Source: Clostridia bacterium (GTDB lineage: Bacteria > Bacillota > Clostridia > Oscillospirales > UBA644). From it: a stretch of 64,000 nucleotides of DNA. Under the pieces are notes generated by a model, which had not been told where the DNA came from, searched no databases, and was given only the letters and a program-made list of their open reading frames with translations. Both the position numbers and the translations under genes were made by a program. The stretch spans positions 64,117 to 128,116 of the forward strand of contig JAFRTE010000031.1 of NCBI GenBank assembly GCA_017427285.1, written 5' to 3'. Positions 35,042 through 44,434 of this stretch are shown piece after piece (position 1 is the stretch's first letter; each line of letters opens with the position of its first letter).

Positions 35042-36271
35042 TTAGTCCTCCTTCTTTCCGAGTGCGGCTTTGACCGCCGCGGTCGCTTCCTTCTTGAGAT
35101 CTTCGGAAGTCTTCTTTTTGCCTTCCTCGATCTCGCCGGGAGTAGCCGTGACGTCGTTCGCCCCAGACGCTTTGTTGTCCGCGAGAGCATTTTTCATGAA
35201 AGTGCTGCCCTGTTTCGCTGCTTTCTGCGCAGCACGGAAAGCCATCTCCTGCGCGGTACAGGGGTGCTCACCGTATTTCGCTTCGCGCACGGTTTCTTCG
35301 TCGAAGAGATGTGCGATCTCGTCGATCTCGGAAATCCTGTTGCGCTCTGCCGTTGCCGCATTGTTGACGGCGGCGGTATTTTCGGCTGACACAGCAGCTC
35401 TTACCTCGCTTTCAACCTGCGACGCGAGATCCGGATTTTCTGCCCGGAGCTCTTCAAGATTTCTGGCCATAGGGGTTCCTCCTTTGTTGCTGTCGGTGCC
35501 AGCCGACGTTTTATTTATATCCTCCGCCTCTGCGGTTGATATTGTGGGAATGTTATCCGGCGCGGTCATACCGTGCGCCAGATGAAGCGTACGCCCTCTC
35601 ACGAACAGGGACTTGCGGTCCGCGCTTGCGGCGATCGCCACCCCGTCATCCCCGGAAAGTTCATCTGCGAATCCTTTTTCGATCGCTTCCTTTCCGGTCA
35701 TGTAGGTCGTGTCGGACATCATATGCGATATCACCGTATCGCTCAATTTGCATTTGCGGGAATAGATGTTGATCTGCGCCTGATCCCAGGCGTCGTTCTG
35801 CTTTGCCATCGCCCGCAGGTCATCGGCATTGTAGCCGCCCCATACGAACGACCAGCACTTGTGGATCATGATGAGGCTTGACGGATTCACCACGACGCGA
35901 TCGCACGCGCACATGATGAGCGATCCTCCGGACATTGCCACGCCGTCGACGATGCAGGTCAGTTCTTTACCGCTGCTCGCCAGCTCGCGCAGTCTGTTAT
36001 GAATGAGGATCGAAACGCCGGCGTCGCCGCCGAGACTGTTCATGCGGATCGTGACTTTCTTCGCGCCGGACGCGATGATCTGGTCAAGGTCTTTCAGAAA
36101 TTCGTCCTGGATGATATACGATCCCGGAATCGGCTCGTCGGTCCACCTGTCTATCGGCTGTGTTTCGACGATCTCTCCGTACATCGTGATTTCCGCGCTG
36201 TCATCTCCGATGCTTGCCATTGTGTAGCAGGGGCGCCGGATGTTCAGATTATTCATCGGCATTGTTGCCAT
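35042..36271 (-). CDS. prohead protease/scaffold (ClpP/S49 family)
   Basis: 409 aa. It has an SLGGD...VDGVAMSGGSLI serine-protease core and a C-terminal helical scaffold-like region. Confidence 0.8.
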   Translation of the reverse strand: MATMPMNNLNIRRPCYTMASIGDDSAEITMYGEIVETQPIDRWTDEPIPGSYIIQDEFLKDLDQIIASGAKKVTIRMNSLGGDAGVSILIHNRLRELASSGKELTCIVDGVAMSGGSLIMCACDRVVVNPSSLIMIHKCWSFVWGGYNADDLRAMAKQNDAWDQAQINIYSRKCKLSDTVISHMMSDTTYMTGKEAIEKGFADELSGDDGVAIAASADRKSLFVRGRTLHLAHGMTAPDNIPTISTAEAEDINKTSAGTDSNKGGTPMARNLEELRAENPDLASQVESEVRAAVSAENTAAVNNAATAERNRISEIDEIAHLFDEETVREAKYGEHPCTAQEMAFRAAQKAAKQGSTFMKNALADNKASGANDVTATPGEIEEGKKKTSEDLKKEATAAVKAALGKKED

Positions 36272-37856
36272 CTCCCTTCTTTGTCGGCTTGACTACGCCG
36301 AAACGCTCGATCTCCTGCCGGATCTCTTCCGCGTTGTCTTCCCAGTCGCCGCCGTAGTATTCTCTTGTGACCTGCTCGTTCGTCTTCCACCCGTGAGCCA
36401 CGAGCTTTTCATTTGCCGTCGCTTCCTTGACCGGATCGAGGTGCGTCTGCGCCGGTCCGTCCCATCTCGCCCCAGACCACGCGGCGCGGATAAGCGGATT
36501 ATCGAAGAAACCGGGCGCTTTAATGCGTCCGATCGCCACCGCCTCCGCGAGCCATGTTTCGTAGGTGGGCTGACAGAAGTCGTTTATAAACCATGCCCGG
36601 CGCATCTTGAACATTTCCCACGCCTCCTCGAGAGCGCCTTTCGCCGCGCTGTAAGAAGCGTTGAATTCCTTGATCAGAACGTCATAGGGAAGTTCGAACG
36701 ACGCGCCTGCCATTTTGCAGATCGTCTTGACGAAGTTTTCAAAGCCGGCAGTCGGGATGTTCGGATTTCCGAGCGTCACCTGTTCGCCTGGGGCGAGATG
36801 ATTGATCGTTCCAGGTCCCATCTCGTATTCATTCGGGCTGTCGCTGATATTGTCGGGCTGATCTCCCGGAACGCCGTCGATATCGCCGGAGCCGACTTCA
36901 TTGAACGGGAATTCCGTGTTATCCGTCGCGGTTGTGATCCACGCCGTAAGGAACGACTGAACGAGCGCCGCCGTCAGTTCACTTTCGGTGTACCGGCGTA
37001 ATTGCAACAGCGTCTCTATGTTCGGCGCGAGATACGTCACGCCTCTGTACTGATCCGGGCGCTCTGCGTCCATGACCTGTAAGATGTTCGGGAGGCCGGT
37101 CAGCTGTCCGATTGCTTCGACGCGCGTCCATTCGACCTTATCCGCTGTGATCTGTCCGGGATACGAGGAGCAGATGTGATAGGCGACGACCTTTCCGTTT
37201 TTGTCAACCTCTACGCCATCGAACACTTTGTTCTTGGTGTCCGGATTCACGCCTGTCGTGATATTCGGCTCATAGGATTTTCCGAAGTTTGACGGCGTGC
37301 TCACTCTGTCCGCTTCGATCAGATGGATGCGCAGCGTGTAGGGATTGAGCGGCGTCGTGTCGTACCGTTTCAGAACAGAGAAGATGTCGCCGGACATCAG
37401 CCAGGACTTGATGGCAAGCTGCTGAAGCTCGTAAAAATTATTCATGCCGAGCGCGTCACAATTTTCTTTGTGCTCCGCCCACATCTTCCATTCGGCTTCG
37501 GTTTTCCTTTGCCACTCTCTGACAGCATCATCGGACAGGCCGAGCACGTCCCGGTCAATCGCGCATTTCATATGAAGTCCCGGTCCGACGACTTTCGTCC
37601 TGTTGGTATTTATCGCTGCGGAGGCGATCGGCGATGCCATATACAGCATTCTTCCGCGCTGGCGCAGGGTCTTATTGTTGAAGTCGATATCTTCACTCGG
37701 CGCACCGCTCTGAGCGAGAAAACCCTTCAAGGATCTCTTTGTGATGCTCGCTCCGGCATCGCTGTAGCCCTTGGCATAATACTTCTTTGCAATCTGTCCC
37801 ACATCCGGGCTTTGCCGGCCGAACAGTCTGCCAAAGAAGCTTTTGTTCTCTTTCAT
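36249..37856 (-). CDS. portal protein (lambda family)
   Basis: Start moved to the ATG at 37856 (GGAGGAAAGG SD), giving 535 aa. It sits between the gpW-like gene and the protease gene. Confidence 0.8.
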   Translation of the reverse strand: MKENKSFFGRLFGRQSPDVGQIAKKYYAKGYSDAGASITKRSLKGFLAQSGAPSEDIDFNNKTLRQRGRMLYMASPIASAAINTNRTKVVGPGLHMKCAIDRDVLGLSDDAVREWQRKTEAEWKMWAEHKENCDALGMNNFYELQQLAIKSWLMSGDIFSVLKRYDTTPLNPYTLRIHLIEADRVSTPSNFGKSYEPNITTGVNPDTKNKVFDGVEVDKNGKVVAYHICSSYPGQITADKVEWTRVEAIGQLTGLPNILQVMDAERPDQYRGVTYLAPNIETLLQLRRYTESELTAALVQSFLTAWITTATDNTEFPFNEVGSGDIDGVPGDQPDNISDSPNEYEMGPGTINHLAPGEQVTLGNPNIPTAGFENFVKTICKMAGASFELPYDVLIKEFNASYSAAKGALEEAWEMFKMRRAWFINDFCQPTYETWLAEAVAIGRIKAPGFFDNPLIRAAWSGARWDGPAQTHLDPVKEATANEKLVAHGWKTNEQVTREYYGGDWEDNAEEIRQEIERFGVVKPTKKGDGNNADE

Positions 37857-37964
37857 TGCCTTTCCTCCGTTTCTTGAAATATAAACGGATCGCAGGACGT
37901 CGAAAGGAGCAAACCCCCGCCTGCGATCCGTAGCACAGCCCTGAGCATCGGGCATGTACCCATA

Positions 37965-38222
37965 TTAAAAATCTCTCGGCACAACGCCGACAGCTTTGCG
38001 CGGAGAACGACCGTTCAGAATCGCGTCGTATTCCGCTTGTTTTCTCACGGCGTCGTCAATCTCTACCGTGAGTTTGTCGAGATCGAAGCGCGTCAGGCTC
38101 CGGTCGTCGATTGTATATGACTTCACGCCGCCGTCGAGCAGTTTCAGCTTGGCATCCGTGAGTTTCTCAATGAGTTTAGTGTAGTATTCATACATGGCTT
38201 TCGCCGTTGCTTTGCTTATCAT
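37965..38222 (-). CDS. head-tail joining protein (lambda gpW-like)
   Basis: Start at the ATG at 38222 (GGAGGT SD), giving 85 aa. It sits between the terminase and portal genes. Confidence 0.55.
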   Translation of the reverse strand: MISKATAKAMYEYYTKLIEKLTDAKLKLLDGGVKSYTIDDRSLTRFDLDKLTVEIDDAVRKQAEYDAILNGRSPRKAVGVVPRDF

Positions 38223-38230
38223 GTGACCTC

Positions 38231-40171
38231 CTACCATTCGTCGTAGTATTTGTTCTTGGTCGACCGTTTCTTCTGCGGCGCCCTCTGCGGCGCGTTCTGC
38301 GGCACGGCAGGGACAGGCTTGTCGTCTGTTGTCGCACCTTTCAAACGACGCTCCAGCGCGTCGTAATCGGGCGACATCGCCTTTGCCGCCGCCAGAGCGT
38401 AGTTCCGACAGTCGAGCGCTTCATTCCGTTCGTGTCCCGGGATCTTCTCCCATTGCCACGGGTTTTTCTTTTCGGAGTGATACACAAGTCTCTCGGACAG
38501 CAGCCCTTTGAAGTACGCGGAAGAATAATCATCCCGGCGCGGAAAATGACAGTATTTCGATCCGGGCGTCTGAACGCGCAGATTGTCCATGATCAGGGAC
38601 TTTCCTGCGTCGACGCCGATCTCGAAGACCTGGCACATTCCGATCATCTTGCCGCCTATGACGATCTTCTGTTTCTTCGGCGGCGCTGTATAGGGAATGC
38701 CGTCACCGCCGCGACCTTTGATCGGGAAGAATTTTCTGCCTTGCCGGGCACGGCATTTGTACCGGACGTCCTGCGTGAAGTGGCCGCCTTCGTCCACGAA
38801 GGTCAGCGAAACGCGAAGCCCGATGCCGTTCTCGAATCGGTAAACGTGGCTCGCAAGATCGTCAAGCGCCTGCCACACTTCATCCGTGTCCGGGCGCCCC
38901 ATGATGATCCCTTTTTTGATGCCCCACGTCTCCCCGAAGTGTCCGTGTCCAACCACTTCGTATTCCATGCGGTCATCCTGCGTATCGACGCCCATTGTCA
39001 GCAGAAGAACACCGTCCGGCAGTTCGGCTTTGTATACCTCGCGCCGAGCCATGACGCTTTCCTCATCTTCGAGGTCGCCGCGGTCTTCCCACAGGAGCCC
39101 GAAGCGGGTATTGTAAACGACCTGCATCTTCTTTGAGTTGCCGATCGCTTTCAGGTAAAGAATGATTGTCGATTCCCACGACGCCCACGGTGAGATCCAC
39201 GACGACAGCCAGAATGACCGCGTGCCGTATCTCTCGTATGCGTCCGGATTGTCGGGTACCCATTTCGCGGGCTGACGCTTCATCTCGCTTTCGTAGGAAA
39301 CGCCGCCGCAGCGAGGACACACATAAAACAGCTTTGTGATCTTGTATGTCTTCTCGTTTCCGACTTTCGTTTCCTCTTTATCGAAGCGGATATTGTCGAA
39401 GATGATCTCCTCGTACTCTCCGCAGTGCGGGCATTTCGTTTTCCACCGCTCCATCGTTCCATCGGCATACGCCGCTTCGATCGCGGACGCGCCTTTGATC
39501 GTCGGGGTAGATACCTCTACGGATTTCGCATTGTAGAACGTGATCTGTCGAGCAGTCGCCAGTTCCCACGGGTCGCCCTCGTTTCCGGCTGACGTCGCCC
39601 ATCTGTCCCGCTCGTCGCCGAAGATATATCGTATCGGTTTCGATGCCAGGGCGTGAGCTTCTGTCGAGCCGCACATCGTAAGGATGCCGCCCGGATAGGC
39701 TTTTTGGAGAATAGTGTTCGCGCTGTCCCTGCTTTTTGGATCAGCGACTTTCGATTTGAGCGTTTTGCAGTCTCGGATCATCGGAGCGATTCGCAGCTTG
39801 GAGTATTCCTTCGCGTCTATCGTGGTGGGATGAACGAAAAGGATTGATCCGGGGTCTTGGTCGATAATATATCCGAGCATATTGTTGATCGTCTCGGATT
39901 TGCCGACCTGTGACGAGGAAACAAGAACGATGTGACGGACTTTCGGATCATTGAACGCGTCCATGACATCTTTCAGATAAGGAGTTCGGCTCGTTCGCCA
40001 CGGTCCGACTTCCGCGGAGCTCTCCGGGGAAAGCCGGCGCTTTCTGTCCGCCCATTCCGAAACGGTCAGTTTCTCCGGGGGACGCATGGCGGCGATCGCC
40101 TTGGATATCGCGGCGTTCAGTCTGGCTTCGTCAGCCTTCTTCATCGTCATCCGCGAAATCGGCTGCTTCAA
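38231..40171 (-). CDS. terminase large subunit (GpA family)
   Basis: 646 aa with Walker A SSSQVGKSE and a central zinc-ribbon CPHCG...CPRCG. Confidence 0.88.
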   Translation of the reverse strand: MKQPISRMTMKKADEARLNAAISKAIAAMRPPEKLTVSEWADRKRRLSPESSAEVGPWRTSRTPYLKDVMDAFNDPKVRHIVLVSSSQVGKSETINNMLGYIIDQDPGSILFVHPTTIDAKEYSKLRIAPMIRDCKTLKSKVADPKSRDSANTILQKAYPGGILTMCGSTEAHALASKPIRYIFGDERDRWATSAGNEGDPWELATARQITFYNAKSVEVSTPTIKGASAIEAAYADGTMERWKTKCPHCGEYEEIIFDNIRFDKEETKVGNEKTYKITKLFYVCPRCGGVSYESEMKRQPAKWVPDNPDAYERYGTRSFWLSSWISPWASWESTIILYLKAIGNSKKMQVVYNTRFGLLWEDRGDLEDEESVMARREVYKAELPDGVLLLTMGVDTQDDRMEYEVVGHGHFGETWGIKKGIIMGRPDTDEVWQALDDLASHVYRFENGIGLRVSLTFVDEGGHFTQDVRYKCRARQGRKFFPIKGRGGDGIPYTAPPKKQKIVIGGKMIGMCQVFEIGVDAGKSLIMDNLRVQTPGSKYCHFPRRDDYSSAYFKGLLSERLVYHSEKKNPWQWEKIPGHERNEALDCRNYALAAAKAMSPDYDALERRLKGATTDDKPVPAVPQNAPQRAPQKKRSTKNKYYDEW

Positions 40172-40778
40172 GATTCAACCGCTCGCGTACCCTTTCCTGA
40201 TATTTCGCCGCGTCGTATTTGTAGTTTGCGAGTTCGTTCATGAGCTTGTAGATCTCACGCTCGATGATATCCGATGCCTCCGCGGAATCTTTGGCAGACA
40301 TCACATCTACGGCAAGTCTGCCCGGCAGGGCGAGCAGTCCGCTTCTGATCGTGTAGATCAGATCTTCGGTCATCGCCGCCACGTCTTCCGATCGGTGCAT
40401 CTTCCCGAGGCGTTCCTGCGCGTCCAGCGTCGCAACCGTCGCCTTTGCCTTTTTGAAAGCCGCCTCTGCTTCGCGGCGCGTTGCCTCGGTCTTTTGTTCC
40501 TTATCGTCTCTTTCTTCCGCTCTGGCGTCCAACATCTCGATGTATGCTCGCATCGTTTCCGTCAGTTCATACAGAGCGCCGTGCGGAGTTTGCTTTTTCG
40601 TGAGGATGCCCTGATTTGTCAACTGCCCGATCCACTGATTAGACTTTCCCGTCATCCGGCAGACATCGGCAGTTTTCAGATACACCGGCGTCCCCGCCTG
40701 CATCACATAAACCGCGCCCTCCTTGATTTCCGCTATCGCTTTTTCTTTCGCCACAGCAAACCGCTCCTTTCGCTGCAT
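40131..40778 (-). CDS. terminase small subunit (Nu1-like HTH)
   Basis: Start moved to the ATG at 40778 (MQRKERF), because the track ORF's N-terminus reads through the tRNA. It has an HTH (LKTADVCRMTGKSNQWIGQL) and overlaps the TerL start. Confidence 0.65.
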   Translation of the reverse strand: MQRKERFAVAKEKAIAEIKEGAVYVMQAGTPVYLKTADVCRMTGKSNQWIGQLTNQGILTKKQTPHGALYELTETMRAYIEMLDARAEERDDKEQKTEATRREAEAAFKKAKATVATLDAQERLGKMHRSEDVAAMTEDLIYTIRSGLLALPGRLAVDVMSAKDSAEASDIIEREIYKLMNELANYKYDAAKYQERVRERLNLEAADFADDDEEG

Positions 40779-40852
40779 GGAGCTGACGGAGGGAGTCGAA
40801 CCCACAACCCCGGGATTACAAATCTCGTGCTCTGCCATTGAGCCACGTCAGC
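40778..40852 (-). tRNA. tRNA-Thr(UGU)-like gene inside the prophage
   Basis: Sense GCTGACG..GCTCAATGGCAGAGC..CGAGA-TTTGTAA-TCCCG..GTGGG-TTCGACT-CCCTC-CGTCAGC-T-CCA. The acceptor stem is perfect, with one A-C mismatch in the anticodon stem and one T-T mismatch in the T stem. Confidence 0.6.
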
Positions 40853-40943
40853 ATGATAGGCGGCTCTCCGCTTTTACGAGATATCAACCGCCCGGAGTTC
40901 TCTCAACCTGCGCCATGGGAAAACGCAGGAATTCACAAGGTTT

Positions 40944-41135
40944 TCAAATTTTGCTCTTTCCATACCGATCCTGGTAGAACGTATCTTCCCAGTCGCGGTA
41001 TTTGTCCCTCTCAACCACATCCGGAGTACACTTCTTTTTGCACCGCTTGTGATCGCGCTTACAAATACAAGCAGTTTTTCCGTCTTTGTAGTCAATGAAC
41101 ACTTTTATGTATTCAATACCGACTCTGTCTTTCAA
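40944..41135 (-). CDS. small Cys/Lys-rich protein
   Basis: 63 aa, TTG start with GGAGG SD 7 nt upstream. CICKRDHKRCKKKC. Confidence 0.45.
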   Translation of the reverse strand: MKDRVGIEYIKVFIDYKDGKTACICKRDHKRCKKKCTPDVVERDKYRDWEDTFYQDRYGKSKI

Positions 41136-41371
41136 GCTGTACCTCCGTTTCTGGTCTGATTTTCAATTAAAGTTCCCGATTTTCGCTCGGTAACTGATTG
41201 AAATTTGGGGTCGCCGAGCCCGCAGCCTGTCGAAATCGCGTCACAGTACCTTGACCGGGCGCGATTCGTCGATTGCAACACGGCGAAATGCCCCGCAGAG
41301 CGTTTTACGGGAGTTCGTCGGGCGAGACCTTGCCTTTCTTCTTCCTGCGCTCTACGGGGCTGTATGGGGCT

Positions 41372-41890
41372 CTACATCTTGGTGAGCAGTTCCGCGTTGC
41401 TGTGATGTGTTACTCCTTTGCTCATCATGGCGAGGAAGTCATCCTTCGAGAAGTCTGACAGTCGGAATACTTCCTCCGGTCTCATGCCGAGCTGCTTTCC
41501 GATTTCCTCTACCGTCTTTCCGTCGGCGATCAATCTTTTTACGATTGCCTTCATCGGTTCGAGCAGGTGTGTACCTCTTGCGCGGTTGTGTGTCACCGTT
41601 CCGTAGATGTCTTCCGATTGGTCTTTGTGATCTACGATCACCACCGGCACCTTGCCGCCGAGGGCAGAGCGCAGGGGCTCTTCGCCTGCCACGGTCCACC
41701 GATGGAATCCATCTATGATTGTGTAGTCGGGACGCACCACGATAGGGAGCGTCCATCCGTTTGTGAGTATGGATTGTGTCAGCAGTTTGAGATTCTCTTT
41801 GCTGACCTTGTTCGGGTTGTAATCATTGGGGCGAAGTTTGTCCCTGTCCACCCATTGCAGAGAGGAGAGAGGCTTGAACAGATCAGCCAT
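41372..41890 (-). CDS. ParB-like nuclease-domain protein with C-terminal HTH (IbrB-like)
   Basis: Start moved to the ATG at 41890 (8-nt overlap with the upstream gene), giving 172 aa. DYNPN...IIDGFHRW motif. Confidence 0.75.
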   Translation of the reverse strand: MADLFKPLSSLQWVDRDKLRPNDYNPNKVSKENLKLLTQSILTNGWTLPIVVRPDYTIIDGFHRWTVAGEEPLRSALGGKVPVVIVDHKDQSEDIYGTVTHNRARGTHLLEPMKAIVKRLIADGKTVEEIGKQLGMRPEEVFRLSDFSKDDFLAMMSKGVTHHSNAELLTKM

Positions 41891-43040
41891 GTACCGCACC
41901 CCCTCTCGTGGTGGTGCGCTTGGTGTTCTCTGCGTAATGGCAGAAGACATCCTGATACACGGCGCGTAATGTTCTGATCTTCGGATCTCCCGCGAGCAGA
42001 CCGTCATACAACTTCCGATAATCGCGCGGACGTGCCATGCCCTCGATCTTGATGAGGGCTTTGCGGTATTGTTCGGCAACATGCTTCTGGTGTTCCGTGT
42101 GGAAATGCTTCCCCGGATTCTTTATCAGCATGTCAATGAGTTCCGCTTTGTAGTCCCTGTTCTTATTCTCTTCAAGCGCCTTGCGGTTGTGTGTCGTACG
42201 CCCGAACATCTCACTGTCCCAGTAGAGCGCGGCAAGGTAAGCGTTTGGCTCCCTCCGGATCACGCGCTCCATAAGGTCGGGATAGTATTCGTTCATGCGC
42301 ACCAGACACGCCGCGGTGTCGGATGAGAAGAACTGAGAAACGCGGAGCTGTCCCTTGCTGATCCCTGCCTGCCACATATACAGGTAGATGCTGGGGATCT
42401 CGACGTGTTCCTCTTTGAGAAACAACCATACATCGCTCGTCTTCCAGTCATATATCGGGTAGATCTGTCTATTCCCGGTAATGCCTTTCGCGCCCATGTT
42501 GAGCGCCGCCATGTATTGAAGTCTCTGAACAGATTCTGCGGCTCTCACGCCGGACAACATGATCCCGTCTTTCGTCGCCCTTGGCAGGAACGATTGGTAG
42601 TTATCCACGCGAGGTTTGAGCATCGGATGAGATCGGACCGCAAATGGAGGCGGCTGTCTCACCCATACATCGCTCTTTCTGCTGTCCCAGCAGATGAAGG
42701 ATTCATCAGCGGTCAGCTGATTGAAACAACTAAAATGTCGCACCTCGAGACAATACCAGATGAATTTGGCGCCAGCGAGCATGAGTTTCTTTCTCCATGC
42801 TCTGACCGTTTCCTCTATGCAGGGGAAGATCGCCTCTTCATCTATGAATATCGCCGTGAGCTGCGACGGATCTATTTCACCGGATTGAATGAGAGAATAT
42901 ACGAGCTGAGCCACGCATAAACTGTCTTTCCCTCCGGAGAATGACATATAGACCGGCACGCCGTTCGAGAATACGTTCTTGATCCTCTTCTTGGCTGCCG
43001 TTACGACGTCCATATCGGACTGAACACGCCTCACAGCCAT
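41883..43040 (-). CDS. PP-loop ATPase of the PAPS-reductase family with C-terminal extension (IbrA-like)
   Basis: 385 aa. SFSGGKDS PP-loop and a long C-terminal domain. Confidence 0.75.
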   Translation of the reverse strand: MAVRRVQSDMDVVTAAKKRIKNVFSNGVPVYMSFSGGKDSLCVAQLVYSLIQSGEIDPSQLTAIFIDEEAIFPCIEETVRAWRKKLMLAGAKFIWYCLEVRHFSCFNQLTADESFICWDSRKSDVWVRQPPPFAVRSHPMLKPRVDNYQSFLPRATKDGIMLSGVRAAESVQRLQYMAALNMGAKGITGNRQIYPIYDWKTSDVWLFLKEEHVEIPSIYLYMWQAGISKGQLRVSQFFSSDTAACLVRMNEYYPDLMERVIRREPNAYLAALYWDSEMFGRTTHNRKALEENKNRDYKAELIDMLIKNPGKHFHTEHQKHVAEQYRKALIKIEGMARPRDYRKLYDGLLAGDPKIRTLRAVYQDVFCHYAENTKRTTTRGGAVHG

Positions 43041-43639
43041 ATCTTCTCACCGCACTTCGGGCAGATCACGTACGGTCTGCTCGATTCCTCTCTGCCTTCG
43101 CTTCCTCTTTCGGAAGCGTAAGACGCGGTGGGCGTCGTTTCGCCTGTCGGCTGTTCCGGCGCCTCGTATGGAACATTGGCGTTTTTGATATCCTCGGCTT
43201 CCTGCGGATCTATCGTCCCGTACTCTGACAGTTTTTCCGTCATGTCGCTGTCATCCATGAGGAGCGATTTCAGAAAATCCTCATCATAACCGGGAACGTC
43301 AAGATCGTCGCTGAGTTCAGCGAGGATTTCATCGAAGACCGAGATATTGTCAACGCCCAGATTGAAAATCCGGTTGTCAGCCATCATGAGCTTCTTTTTG
43401 TCTTTCTCGCTCAGTCCGGTGATCTTGTTGCAATACGCCTCAGTCCATCCGAGTTCTCTCATTGCCATATACATGCCGTTGCCGGTCAGAATGACGTTCT
43501 TTTCGTCAATCGTGATCGGCTTGACCTGCTTGAATTTCTGCAATGAGCGTTTATACTCTCTGATCTGCGCTTCCGGGTGCATACGGATGTTCTTTTCTGC
43601 CGGATGCAGATCTTCGAGCCGGTATTTCTCCACTTTCAC
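43031..43639 (-). CDS. ParB-N-like domain protein with C-terminal zinc ribbon (degenerate GxxR box)
   Basis: 202 aa, GTG start with AAGGGGGTGA SD. LHPAEKNIRMHP...ILTGNGMYMAMRELGW, and a C-terminal CPKCG. Confidence 0.6.
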   Translation of the reverse strand: MKVEKYRLEDLHPAEKNIRMHPEAQIREYKRSLQKFKQVKPITIDEKNVILTGNGMYMAMRELGWTEAYCNKITGLSEKDKKKLMMADNRIFNLGVDNISVFDEILAELSDDLDVPGYDEDFLKSLLMDDSDMTEKLSEYGTIDPQEAEDIKNANVPYEAPEQPTGETTPTASYASERGSEGREESSRPYVICPKCGEKIWL

Positions 43640-43645
43640 TTTTCG

Positions 43646-44434
43646 TCACCCCCTTTCTTCAAGGAAGCGACGAGCGCTCTCGATCTTCGCCGCGGCGCTT
43701 TCGACAATGGACGGATCGATGTCATAAACTTCGCTCCATCCGTTTTCGACGCTTCCGCACCACTGACGCGCCGGCCAGGGATGCGTACCGCACAGATAAC
43801 CGTTCTTCCATCCATAGATCGGAGGAAGCGGCAGTTTGTTGTAGTGGATATAGGCGAGGATGTGTTCGTGCTTCCAATCGGCGAGAGGGCTGTACCTCAG
43901 GACGCCTTTGCCGTCCGTGTAGGAATTGTCCTTGCCGGTATAGTTGCCGTCCGCATGCCTGCGCCCCAATACCAGAACATCAAGCGCTTTGTCTTTGAAG
44001 AAGATGCGCTGCGCTGTATGCTGTACAACGGAAAACCACCGAGCCGCATAAGCGCTCGACTTCGGAAAGAGCAGTTGCTCGTGTTTGGCAAGCCAGTCAA
44101 GCCCGAGCTCGATCTTCACGATTTCGCATCCGTCAGGCTTGTTCTTCTCAATCCACGTCATAAACGCAGGATATTCGAGATCGCACACTCCGATCATGCT
44201 CTCGTGAATGCCCGCCTTTTCGCAGAGTTTGCTAAGGACAATACTGTCCTTGCCACCGCTCCACGCATACGCGGCGTGTTTTCCTTTGACAAACTTTTTG
44301 ATTTCGGAAACGGTCTTTGACGCGAGCTTGTCGATCTCGTCTTTCGTGACCGCTTCCTCGATATGTTCAACGGCGTTCAGCCAGTCCTCGTTTTTTGTGG
44401 ACTGCTTTTTGCCGAGATGAATTACTGCTGACAT
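43646..44434 (-). CDS. PP-loop ATPase of the PAPS-reductase family (short form)
   Basis: 262 aa. WSGGKDS PP-loop. The start overlaps the permease stop by 13 nt and has a GGGAGG SD. Confidence 0.75.
   Translation of the reverse strand: MSAVIHLGKKQSTKNEDWLNAVEHIEEAVTKDEIDKLASKTVSEIKKFVKGKHAAYAWSGGKDSIVLSKLCEKAGIHESMIGVCDLEYPAFMTWIEKNKPDGCEIVKIELGLDWLAKHEQLLFPKSSAYAARWFSVVQHTAQRIFFKDKALDVLVLGRRHADGNYTGKDNSYTDGKGVLRYSPLADWKHEHILAYIHYNKLPLPPIYGWKNGYLCGTHPWPARQWCGSVENGWSEVYDIDPSIVESAAAKIESARRFLEERG

Noticed and set aside
33740-35389. 549-aa plus-strand ORF, the longest plus-strand ORF in the prophage.
   Set aside because: It lies entirely antisense to the capsid, decoration and protease genes. 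Its sequence is low-complexity (Arg/Ala/Gly/Val-rich) and it has no SD or motif. This is a typical shadow ORF of GC-rich third positions on the opposite strand.
40779-40838. The track's N-terminal extension of the small terminase ORF (MAEHEICNPGVVGSTPSVSS).
   Set aside because: These 20 codons are the translation of the tRNA-Thr-like sequence. The ATG at 40778 follows directly.
40778-40852. Whether the internal tRNA-like gene marks a junction between two different mobile elements.
   Set aside because: The genes on both sides are co-oriented on the minus strand in a gene order typical of a single phage genome, and no recombinase or repeat flanks the tRNA-like gene.
43646-44434. Reading the PAPS-reductase-family genes as cysH auxiliary metabolic genes (assimilatory sulfate reduction).
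   Set aside because: Both are coupled to ParB-like DNA-binding or nuclease-fold partners. I do not see the C-terminal redox-active Cys-containing tail expected of CysH. The call is kept at family level (PP-loop ATPase) pending profile alignment.
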